In this document: in pieces, positions 42,681 through 55,200 of the stretch | How the letters are laid out: every line of letters starts with the position of its first letter | Numbering within the stretch: the first letter of the stretch is position 1 | NCBI RefSeq assembly: GCF_009914755.1 | Contig: NC_060935.1 | Origin: the human T2T-CHM13v2.0 reference genome, Homo sapiens | Length of the DNA stretch: 64,000 nucleotides | Reading direction: 5' to 3' (one strand) | Program-made: the position numbers and the translations under genes | Notes under the pieces: generated by a model | The model's input: only the letters and a program-made list of their open reading frames with translations | Told to the model about the DNA's origin: nothing | Databases searched by the model: none

Positions 42681-44399
42681 AAATAAATTCATCTAAAAAC
42701 CAAACGGAAGCATTCACAGACAATTCTTAGTGATCATTGGATTGAACTAACGGAGCTGAACATTCCTTTAGATGGAGCAGTTTCCAAACCCACTTTCTGT
42801 AGAATCTGCAAGTGGATATTTGGACTTCTCTGAGGATTTCGTTGGAAACGGGATAAACTTCCCAGAACTACACGGAAGCATTGTGAGAAACTTCTTTGTG
42901 ATGTTTGCATTCAACTCACAGAGTTGAACCTTGCTTTCATAGTTCAGCTTTCAAACACTCTTTTTGTAGAATCTGCAAGTGGATATTTGGACCACTTTGT
43001 GGCCTTCCTTCGAAACGGGTATATCTTCACATCAAACCTAGACAGAAGCATTCTCAGAATGTTTCCTGTGATGACTGCATTCAACTCACAGAGGTGAACC
43101 ATCCTGTTGATGGAGCAGTTTTGAAACTCACTTTCTTTGGATTCTGCAAGTTGATATGTGGACCTCTGTGAAGATTTCGTTGGAAACGGGTTCATCTTCA
43201 CAGAAAAACTAAACAGAAGCATTCTCAGAAACTGCTTTGTGATGTTTGTGTTCCACTTCAGGAATTGAACTTTCCTCTTGACAGAGCAGCTCTGAAACCC
43301 TCTTATTCTAGAATCTGCAAGTGGACATTTGGAGGGCTTTGAGGCCTGTGGTGGAAAAGGAAAATCTTCACATAAAAACTAGATGGAAGCATTCTCAGAA
43401 ACTACTTTGTGATGATTGCATTCGACTCACAGAGTTGAACATTCCTATAGATAGAGCAGGTTGTAAACACTCTTTTTGTAGAATCTGCGATTGGAGATTT
43501 GGACTGCCTTGAGGCCTACTGTAGTAAAGGAAATAACTTCATCTAAAAACCAAACAGAAGCATTCACAGACAATTTTTAGTGATCATTGGATTGAACTAA
43601 CAGAGCTGAACATTCCTTTAGATGGAGCAGTTTCCAAACCCACTTTCTGTAGAATCTGCAAGTGGATATTTGGACTTCTCTGAGGATTTCGTTGGAAACG
43701 GGATAAACTTCCCAGAACTACACGGAAGCATTGTGAGAAACTTCTTTGTGATGTTTGCATTCAACTCACAGAGTTGAACCTTGCTTTCATAGTTCAGCTT
43801 TCAAACACTCTTTTTGTAGAATCTGCAAGTGGATATTTGGACCACTTTGTGGCCTTCCTTCGAAACGGGTATATCTTCACATCAAACCTAGACAGAAGCA
43901 TTCTCAGAATGTTTCCTGTGATGACTGCATTCAACTCACAGAGGTGAACAATCCTGCTGATGGAGCAGTTTTGAAACTCTCTTTCTTTGTATTCTGCAAG
44001 TGGATATGTGGACCTCTGTGAAGATTTCGTTGGAAACGGGTTCATCTTCACAGAAAAACTAAACAGAAGCATTCTCAGAAACTGCTTTGTGATGTTTGTG
44101 TTCCACTTCAGGAATTGAACTTTCCTCTTGACAGAGCAGCTCTGAAACCCTCTTATTCTAGAATCTGCAAGTGGACATTTGGAGGGCTTTGAGGCCTGTG
44201 GTGGAAAAGGAAAATCTTCACATAAAAACTAGATGGAAGCATTCTCAGAAACTACTTTGTGATGATTGCATTCGACTCACAGAGTTGAACATTCCTATAG
44301 ATAGAGCAGGTTGTAAACAATCTTTTTGTAGAATCTGCGATTGGAGATTTGGACTGCTTTGAGGCCTACTGTAGTAAAGGAAATAACTTCATCTAAAAA

Positions 44400-47300
44400 C
44401 CAAACGGAAGCATTCACAGACAATTCTTAGTGATCATTGCATTGAACTAACAGAACTGAACATTCCTTTAGATGGAGCAGTTTCCAAACACACTTTCTGT
44501 AGAATCTGCAAGTGGATATTTGGACTTCTCTGAGGATTTCGTTGGAAACGGGATAAACTTCCCAGAACTACACGGAAGCATTGTGAGAAACTTCTTTGTG
44601 ATGTTTGCATTCAACTCACAGGGTTGAACCTTGCTTTCATAGTTCAGCTTTCAAACACTCTTTTTGTAGAATCTGCAAGTGGATATTTGGACCACTTTGT
44701 GGCCTTCCTTCGAAACGGGTATATCTTCACATCAAACCTAGACAGAAGCATTCTCAGAATATTTCCTGTGAAGACTGCATTCAACTCACAGAGATGAACA
44801 ATCCTGTTGATGGAGCACTTTGGAAACTCTCTTTCTTGGATTCTGCAAGTTGATATGTGGACCTCTGTGAAGATTTCGTTGGAAACGGGTTCATCTTCAC
44901 AGAAAAACTAACAGAAGCATTCTCAAAAATTACTTTGTGATGTTTGTGTTCCACTTCAAGAATTGAACTTTACTCTTGACAGAGCAGATCTGAAAACCTC
45001 TTTTTCTAGAATCTGCAAGTGGACATTTGGAGGGCTTTGAGGCCTGTGGTTGAAAAGGAAAATCTTCACATAAAAACTAGATGGAAGCATTCTCAGAAAC
45101 TACTTTGTGATGATTGCATTCGACTCACAGAGTTGAACATTCCTATAGATAGAGCAGGTTGTAAACAATCTTTTTCTAGAATCTGCGATTGGAGATTTGG
45201 ACTGCTTTGAGGCCTACTGTAGTAAAGGAAATAACTTCATCTAAAAACCAAACGGAAGCATTCACAGAAAATTCTTAGTGATCATTGGATTGAACTAACA
45301 CAGCTGAACATTCCTTTAGATGGAGCAGTTTCCAAACACACTTTCTGTAGAATCTGCAAGTGGATATTTGGACTTCTCTGAGGATTTCATTGGAAACGGG
45401 ATAAACTTCCCAGAACTACACGGAAGCATTGTGAGAAACTTCTTTGTGATGTTTGCATTCAACTCACAGAGTTGAACCTTGCTTTCATAGTTCAGCTTTC
45501 AAACACTCTTTTTGTAGAATCTGCAAGTGGATATTTGGACCACTTTGTGGCCTTCCTTCGAAACGGGTATATCTTCACATCAAACCTAGACAGAAGCATT
45601 CTCAGAATGTTTCCTGTGATGACTGCATTCAACTCACAGAGGTGAACAATCCTGCTGATGGAGCAGTTTTGAAACTCTCTTTCTTTGGATTCTGCAAGTG
45701 GATATGTGGACCTCTGTGAAGATTTCGTTGGAAACGGGTTCATCTTCACAGAAAAACTAAACAGAAGCATTCTCAGAAACTGCTTTGTGATGTTTGTGTT
45801 CCACTTCAGGAATTGAACTTTCCTCTTGACAGAGCAGCTCTGAAACCCTCTTATTCTAGAATCTGCAAGTGGACATTTGGAGGGCTTTGAGGCCTGTGGT
45901 GGAAAAGGAAAATCTTCACATAAAAACTAGATGGAAGCATTCTCAGAAACTACTTTGTGATGATTGCATTCGACTCACAGAGTTGAACATTCCTATAGAT
46001 AGAGCAGGTTGTAAACAATCTTTTTGTAGAATCTGCGATTGGAGATTTGGACTGCTTTGAGGCCTACTGTAGTAAAGGAAATAACTTCATCTAAAAACCA
46101 AACGGAAGCATTCACAGACAATTCTTAGTGATCATTGCATTGAACTAACAGAGCTGAACATTCCTTTAGATGGAGCAGTTTCCAAACACACTTTCTGTAG
46201 AATCTGCAAGTGGATATTTGGACTTCTCTGAGGATTTCGTTGGAAACGGGATAAACTTCCCAGAACTACACGGAAGCATTGTGAGAAACTTCTTTGTGAT
46301 GTTTGCATTCAACTCACAGAGTTGAACCTTGCTTTCATAGTTCAGCTTTCAAACACTCTTTTTGTAGAATCTGCAAGTGGATATTTGGACCACTTTGTGG
46401 CCTTCCTTCGAAACGGGTATATCTTCACATCAAACCTAGACAGAAGAATTCTCAGAATGTTTCCTGTGAAGACTGCATTCAACTCACAGAGATGAACAAT
46501 CCTGTTGATGGAGCACTTTGGAAACTCTCTTTCTTTGGATTCTGCAAGTTGATATGTGGACCTCTGTGAAGATTTCGTTGGAAACGGGTTCATCGTCACA
46601 GAAAAACTAAACAGAAGCATTCTCAAAAATTACTTTGTGATGTTTGTGTTCCACTTCAAGAATTGAACTTTACTCTTGACAGAGCAGCTCTGAAAACCTC
46701 TTTTTCTAGAATCTGCAAGTGGACATTTGGAGGGCTTTGAGGCCTGTGGTGGAAAAGGAAAATCTTCACATAAAAACTAGATGGAAGCATTCTCAGAAAC
46801 TACTTTGTGATGATTGCATTCGACTCACAGAGTTGAACATTCCTATAGATAGAGCAGGTTGTAAACAATCTTTTTCTAGAATCTGCGATTGGAGATTTGG
46901 ACTGCTTTGAGGCCTACTGTAGTAAAGGAAATAACTTCATCTAAAAACCAAACGGAAGCATTCACAGACAATTCTTAGTGATCATTGGATTGAACTAACA
47001 CAGCTGAACATTCCTTTAGATGGAGCAGTTTCCAAACACACTTTCTGTAGAATCTGCAAGTGGATATTTGGACTTCTCTGAGGATTTCATTGGAAACGGG
47101 ATAAACTTCCCAGAACTACACGGAAGCATTGTGAGAAACTTCTTTGTGATGTTTGCATTCAACCCACAGAGTTGAACCTTGCTTTCATAGTTCAGCTTTC
47201 AAACACTCTTTTTGTAGAATCTGCAAGTGGATATTTGGACCACTTTGTGGCCTTCCTTCGAAACGGGTATATCTTCACATCAAACCTAGACAGAAGCATT

Positions 47301-47700
47301 CTCAGAATGTTTCCTGTGATGACTGCATTCAACTCACAGAGGTGAACAATCCTGCTGATGGAGCAATTTTGAAACTCTCTTTCTTTGGATTCTGCAAGTG
47401 GATATGTGGACCTCTGTGAAGATTTCGTTGGAAACGGGTTCATCTTCACAGAAAAACTAAACAGAAGCATTCTCAGAAACTGCTTTGTGATGTTTGTGTT
47501 CCACTTCAGGAATTGAACTTTCCTCTTGACAGAGCAGCTCTGAAACCCTCTTATTCTAGAATCTGCAAGTGGACATTTGGAGGGCTTTGAGGCCTGTGGT
47601 GGAAAAGGAAAATCTTCACATAAAAACTAGATGGAAGCATTCTCAGAAACTACTTTGTGATGATTGCATTCGACTCACAGAGTTGAACATTCCTATAGAT
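44400..47700 (+). repeat. 2-HOR duplication (about 1.7 kb) containing a divergent HOR variant
   Basis: GTGAAGACTG, GAGATGAAC, GCACTTTGG, CTCAAAAATTAC, TTTACTCTT, TTTTCTAGA, ACACAGCTG and TTTCATTGG are all shared at 1698-1700 bp spacing (for example 45389/47089). Confidence 0.88.
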
Positions 47701-48649
47701 AGAGCAGGTTGTAAACAATCTTTTTGTAGAATCTGCGATTGGAGATTTGGACTGCTTTGAGGCCTACTGTAGTAAAGGAAATAACTTCATCTAAAAACCA
47801 AATGGAAGCATTCACAGACAATTCTTAGTGATCATTGCATTGAACTAACAGAGCTGAACATTCCTTTTGATGGCGCAGTTTCCAAACACACTTTCTGTAG
47901 AATCTGCAAGTGGATATTTGGACCTCTCTGAGGATTTCGTTGGAAACGGGATAAACTTCCCAGAACTACACGGAAGCATTGTGAGAAACTTCTTTGTGAT
48001 GTTTGCATTCAACTCACAGAGTTGAACCTTGCTTTCATAGTTCAGCTTTCAAACACTCTTTTTGTAGAATCTGCAAGTGGATATTTGGACCACTTTGTGG
48101 CCTTCCTTCGAAACGGGTATATCTTCACATCAAACCTAGACAGAAGCATTCTCAGAATGTTTCCTGTGATGACTGCATTCAACTCACAGAGGTGAATAAT
48201 CCTGTTGATGGAGCACTTTTGAAACTCTCTTTCTTTGGATTCTGCAAGTTGATATGTGGACCTCTGTGAAGATTTCGTTGGAAACGGGTTCATCTTCACA
48301 GAAAAACTAAACAGAAGCATTCTCAGAAACTACTTTGTGATGTTTGTGTTCCACTTCAGGAATTGAACTTTCCTCTTGACAGAGCAGCTCTGAAACCCTC
48401 TTATTCTAGAATCTGCAAGTGGACATTTGGAGGGCTTTGAGGCCTGTGGTGGAAAAGGAAAATCTTCACATAAAAACTAGATGGAAGCATTCTCAGAAAC
48501 TACTTTGTGATGACTGCATTCGACTCACAGAGTTGAACATTCCTATAGATAGAGCAGGTTGTAAACAATCTTTTTGTAGAATCTGCGATTGGAGATTCGG
48601 ACTGCTTTGAGGCCTACTGTAGTAAAGGAAATAACTTCATCTAAAAACC

Positions 48650-51600
48650 AAACGGAAGCATTCACAGACAATTCTTAGTGATCATTGCATTGAACTAACA
48701 GAGCTGAACATTCCTTTAGATGGAGCAGTTTCCAAACACACTTTCTGTAGAACCTTCAAGTGGATATTTGGACCTCTCTGAGGATTTCGTTGGAAACGGG
48801 ATAAACTTCCCAGAACTACACGGAAGCATGCTGAGAAACTTCTTTGTGATGTTTGCATTCAACTCACAGAGTTGAACCTTGCTTTCATAGTTCAGCTTTC
48901 AAACACTCTTTTTGTAGAATCTGCAAGTGGATATTTGGACCACTTTGTGGCCTTCCTTCGAAACGGGTATATCTTCACATCAAACCTAGACAGAAGCATT
49001 CTCAGAATGTTTCCTGTGATGACTGCATTCAACTCACAGAGGTGAACAATCCTGCTGATGGAGCAGTTTTGAAACTCTCTTTCTTTGGATTCTGCAAGTG
49101 GATATGTGGACCTCTGTGAAGATTTCGTTGGAAACGGGTTCATCTTCACAGAAAAACTAAACAGAAGCATTCTCAGAAACTGCTTTGTGATGTTTGTGTT
49201 CCACTTCAGGAATTGAACTTTCCTCTTGACAGAGCAGCTCTGAAACCCTCTTATTCTAGAATCTGCAAGTGGACATTTGGAGGGCTTTGAGGCCTGTGGT
49301 GGAAAAGGAAAATCTTCACATAAAAACTAGATGGAAGCATTCTCAGAAACTACTTTGTGATGATTGCATTCGACTCACAGAGTTGAACATTCCTATAGAT
49401 AGAGCAGGTTGTAAACAATCTTTTTGTAGAATCTGCGATTAGAGATTTGGACTGCTTTGAGGCCTACTGTAGTAAAGGAAATAACTTCATCTAAAAACCA
49501 AACGGAAGCATTCACAGACAATTCTTAGTGATCATTGCATTGAACTAACAGAGCTGAACATTCCTTTAGATGGAGCAGTTTCCAAACACACTTTCTGTAG
49601 AACCTGCAAGTGGATATTTGGACCTCTCTGAGGATTTCGTTGGAAACGGGATAAACTTCCCAGAACTACACGGAAGCATTGTGAGAAACTTCTTTGTGAT
49701 GTTTGCATTCAACTCACAGAGTTGAACCTTGCTTTCATAGTTCAGCTTTCAAACACTCTTTTTGTAGAATCTGCAAGTGGATATTTGGACCACTTTGTGG
49801 CCTTCCTTCGAAACGGGTATATCTTCACATCAAACCTAGACAGAAGCATTCTCAGAATGTTTCCTGTGATGACTGCATTCAACTCACAGAGGTGAACAAT
49901 CCTGCTGATGGAGCAGTTTTGAAACTCTCTTTCTTTGGATTCTGCAAGTGGATATGTGGACCTCTGTGAAGATTTCGTTGGAAACGGGTTCATCTTCACA
50001 GAAAAACTAAACAGAAGCATTCTCAGAAACTGCTTTGTGATGTTTGTGTTCCACTTCAGGAATTGAACTTTCCTCTTGACAGAGCAGCTCTGAAACCCTC
50101 TTATTCTAGAATCTGCAAGTGGACATTTGGAGGGCTTTGAGGCCTGTGGTGGAAAAGGAAAATCTTCACATAAAAACTAGATGGAAGCATTCTCAGAAAC
50201 TACTTTGTGATGATTGCATTCGACTCACAGAGTTGAACATTCCTATAGATAGAGCAGGTTGTAAACAATCTTTTTGTAGAATCTGCGATTGGAGATTTGG
50301 ACTGCTTTGAGGCCTACTGTAGTAAAGGAAATAACTTCATCTAAAAACCAAACGGAAGCATTCACAGACAATTCTTAGTGATCATTGCATTGAACTAACA
50401 GAGCTGAACATTCCTTTAGATGGAGCAGTTTCCAAACACACTTTCTGTAGAACCTGCAAGTGTATATTTGGACCTCTCTGAGGATTTCGTTGGAAACGGG
50501 ATAAACTTCCCAGAACTACACGGAAGCATTGTGAGAAACTTCTTTGTGATGTTTGCATTCAACTCACAGAGTTGAACCTTGCTTTCATAGTTCAGCTTTC
50601 AAACACTCTTTTTGTAGAATCTGCAAGTGGATATTTGGACCACTTTGTGGCCTTCCTTCGAAACGGGTATATCTTCACATCAAACCTAGACAGAAGCATT
50701 TTCAGAATGTTTCCTGTGATGACTGCATTCAACTCACAGAGGTGAACAATCCTGCTGATGGAGCAGTTTTGAAACTCTCTTTCTTTGGATTCTGCAAGTG
50801 GATATGTGGACCTCTGTGAAGATTTCGTTGGAAACGGGTTCATCTTCACAGAAAAACTAAACAGAAGCATTCTCAGAAACTGCTTTGTGATGTTTGTGTT
50901 CCACTTCAGGAATTGAACTTTCCTCTTGACAGAGCAGCTCTGAAACCCTCTTATTCTAGAATCTGCAAGTGGACATTTGGAGGGCTTTGAGGCCTGTGGT
51001 GGAAAAGGAAAATCTTCACATAAAAACTAGATGGAAGCATTCTCAGAAACTACTTTGTGATAATTGCATTCGACTCACAGAGTTGAACATTCCTATAGAT
51101 AGAGCAGGTTGTAAACAATCTTTTTGTAGAATCTGCGATTGGAGATTTGGACTGCTTTGAGGCCTACTGTAGTAAAGGAAATAACTTCATCTAAAAACCA
51201 AACGGAAGCATTCACAGACAATTCTTAGTGATCATTGCATTGAACTAACAGAGCTGAACATTCCTTTAGATGGAGCAGTTTCCAAACACACTTTCTGTAG
51301 AACCTGCAAGTGGATATTTGGACCTCTCTGAGGATTTCGTTGGAAACGGGATAAACTTCCCAGAACTACACGGAAGCATTGTGAGAAACTTCTTTGTGAT
51401 GTTTGCATTCAACTCACAGAGTTGAACCTTGCTTTCATAGTTCAGCTTTCAAACACTCTTTTTGTAGAATCTGCAAGTGGATATTTGGACCACTTTGTGG
51501 CCTTCCTTCGAAACGGGTATATCTTCACATCAAACCTAGACAGAAGCATTCTCAGAATGTTTCCTGTGATGACTGCATTCAACTCACAGAGGTGAACAAT

Positions 51601-52000
51601 CCTGCTGATGGAGCAGTTTTGAAACTCTCTTTCTTTGGATTCTGCAAGTGGATATGTGGACCTCTGTGAAGATTTCGTTGGAAACGGGTTCATCTTCACA
51701 GAAAAACTAAACAGAAGCATTCTCAGAAACTGCTTTCTGATGTTTGTGTTCCACTTCAGGAATTGAACTTTCCTCTTGACAGAGCAGCTCTGAAACCCTC
51801 TTATTCTAGAATCTGCAAGTGGACATTTGGAGGGCTTTGAGGCCTGTGGTGGAAAAGGAAAATCTTCACATAAAAACTAGATGGAAGCATTCTCAGAAAC
51901 TACTTTGTGATGATTGCATTCGACTCACAGAGTTGAACATTCCTATAGATAGAGCAGGTTGTAAACAATCTTTTTGTAGAATCTGCGATTGGAGATTTGG
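48650..52000 (+). repeat. Single-HOR tandem expansion (4 near-identical copies)
   Basis: The variant TAGAACCT (consensus TAGAATCT) occurs at 48753, 49603, 50453 and 51303 and was not seen elsewhere. Confidence 0.85.
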
Positions 52001-52299
52001 ACTGCTTTGAGGCCTACTGTAGTAAAGGAAATAACTTCATCTAAAAACCAAACGGAAGCATTCACAGACAATTCTTAGTGATCATTGCATTGAACTAACA
52101 GAGCTGAACATTCCTTTAGATGGCGCAGTTTCCAAACACACTTTCTGTAGAATCTGCAAGTGGATATTTGGACTTCTCTGAGGATTTCGTTGGAAAAGGG
52201 ATAAACTTCCAGAACTACACGGAAGCATTGTGAGAAACTTCTTTGTGATGTTTGCATTCAACTCACAGAGTTGAACCTTGCTTTCATAGTTCAGCTTTC

Positions 52300-55200
52300 A
52301 AACACTCTTTTTGTAGAATCTGCAAGTGGATATTTGGACCACTTTGTGGCCTTCCTTCGAAACGGGTATATCTTCACATCAAACCTAGACAGAAGCATTC
52401 TCAGAATGTTTCCTGTGATGACTGCATTCAACTCACAGAGGTGAACAATCCTGCTGATGGAGCAGTTTTGAAACTCTCTTTCTTTGGATTCTGCAAGTGG
52501 ATATGTGGACCTCTGTGAAGATTTCGTTGGAAACGGGTTCATCTTCACAGAAAAACTAAACAGGAGCATTCTCAGAAACTGCTTTGTGATGTTTGTGTTC
52601 CACTTCAAGAATTGAACTTTCCTCTTGACAGAGCAGCTCTGAAACCCTATTTTTCTAGAATATGCAAGTGGACATTTGGAGGGCTTTGAGGCCTGTGGTG
52701 GAAAAGGAAAATCTTCACATAAAAACTAGATGGAAGCATTCTCAGAAACTACTTTGTGATGATTGCATTCGACGCACAGAGTTGAACATTCCTATAGATA
52801 GAGCAGGTTGTAAACAATCTTTTTGTAGAATCTGCGATTGGAGATTTGGACTGCTTTGAGGCCTACTGTAGTAAAGGAAATAACTTCATCTAAAAACCAA
52901 ACGGAAGCATTCACAGACAATTCTTAGTGATCATTGCATTGAACTAACAGAGCTGAACATTCCTTTAGATGGAGCAGTTTCCAAACCCACTTTCTGTAGA
53001 ATCTTCAAGTGGATATTTGGACTTCTCTGAGGATTTCGTTGGAAACGGGATAAACTTCCCAGAACTACACGGAAGCATTGTGAGAAACTTCTTTGTGATG
53101 TTTGCATTCAACTCACAGAGTTGAACCTTGCTTTCATAGTTCAGCTTTCAAACACTCTTTTTGTAGAATCTGCAAGTGGATATTTGGACCACTTTGTGGC
53201 CTTCCTTCGAAACGGGTATATCTTCACATCAAACCTAGACAGAAGCATTCTCAGAATGTTTCCTGTGATGACTGCATTCAACTCACAGAGGTGAACAATC
53301 CTGTTGATGGAGCAGTTTTGAAACTCTCTTTCTTTGGATTCTGCAAGTTGATATGTGGACCTCTGTGAAGATTTCGTTGGAAACGGGTTCATCTTCACAG
53401 AAAAACTAAACAGAAGCATTCTCTGAAACTACTTTGTGATGTTTGTGTTCCACTTCTAGAATTGAACTTTCCTCTTGACAGAGCAGCTCTGAAACCCTCT
53501 TATTCTAGAATCTGCAAGTGGACATTTGGAGGGCTTTGAGGCCTGTGGTGGAAAAGGAAAATCTTCACATAAAAACTAGATGGAAGCATTCTCAGAAACT
53601 ACTTTGTGATGATTGCATTCGACTCACAGAGTTGAACATTCCTATAGATAGAGCAGGTTGTAAACAATCTTTTTGTAGAATCTGCGATTGGAGATTTGGA
53701 CTGCTTTGAGGCCTACTGTAGTAAAGGAAATAACTTCATCTAAAAACCAAACGGAAGCATTCACAGACAATTCTTAGTGATCATTGCATTGAACTAACAG
53801 AGCTGAACATTCCTTTAGATGGCGCAGTTTCCAAACACACTTTCTGTAGAATCTGCAAGTGGATATTTGGACTTCTCTGAGAATTTCGTTGGAAAAGGGA
53901 TAAACTTCCCAGAACTACACGGAAGCATTGTGAGAAACTTCTTTGTGATGTTTCCATTCAACTCACAGAGTTGAAACTTGCTTTCATAGTTCAGCTTTCA
54001 AACACTCTTTTTGTAGAATCTGCAAGTGGATATTTGGACCACTTTGTGGCCTTCCTTCGAAACGGGTATATCTTCACATCAAACCTAGACATAAGCATTC
54101 TCAGAATGTTTCCTGTGAAGACTGCATTCAACTCACAGAGATGAACAATCCTGTTGATGGAGCACTTTGGAAACTCTCTTTCTTTGGATTCTGCAAGTTG
54201 ATATGTGGACCTCTGTGAAGATTTCGTTGGAAACGGGTTCATCTTCACAGAAAAACTAAACAGAAGCATTCTCAAAAACTACTTTGTGATGTTTGTGTTC
54301 CACTTCAAGAATTGAACTTTCCTCTTGACAGAGCAGTTCTGAAAACCTCTTTTTCTAGAATCTGCAAGTGGACATTTGGAGGGCTTTGAGGCCTGTGGTG
54401 GAAAAGGAAAATCTTCACATAAAAACTAGATGGAAGCATTCTCAGAAACTACTTTGTGATGATTGCATTCGACTCACAGAGTTGAACATTCCTATAGATA
54501 GAGCAGGTTGTAAACAATCTTTTTGTAGAATCTGCGATTGGAGATTCGGACTGCTTTGAGGCCTACTGTAGTAAAGGAAATAACTTCATCTAAAAACCAA
54601 ACGGAAGCATTCACAGACAATTCTTAGTGATCATTGCATTGAACTAACAGAGCTGAACATTCCTTTACATGGCGCAGTTTCCAAACACACTTTCTGTAGA
54701 ATCTGCAAGTGGATATTTGGACCTCTCTGAGGATTTCGTTGGAAACGGGATAAACTTCCCAGAACTACACGGAAGCATGCTGAGAAACTTCTTTGTGATG
54801 TTTGCATTCAACTCACAGAGTTGAACCTTGCTTTCATAGTTCAGCTTTCAAACACTTTTTTTGTAGAATCTGCAAGTGGATATTTGGACCACTTTGTGGC
54901 CTTCCTTCGAAACGGGTATATCTTCACATCAAACCTAGACAGAAGCATTCTCAGAATGTTTCCTGTGATGACTGCATTCAACTCACAGAGGTGAACAATC
55001 CTGCTGATGGAGGAGTTTTGAAACTCTCTTTCTTTGGATTCTGCAAGTGGATATGTGGACCTCTGTGAAGATTTCGTTGGAAACGGGTTCATCTTCACAG
55101 AAAAACTAAACAGAAGCATTCTCAGAAACTGCTTTGTGATGTTTGTGTTCCACTTCAGGAATTGAACTTTCCTCTTGACAGAGCAGCTCTGAAACCCTCT

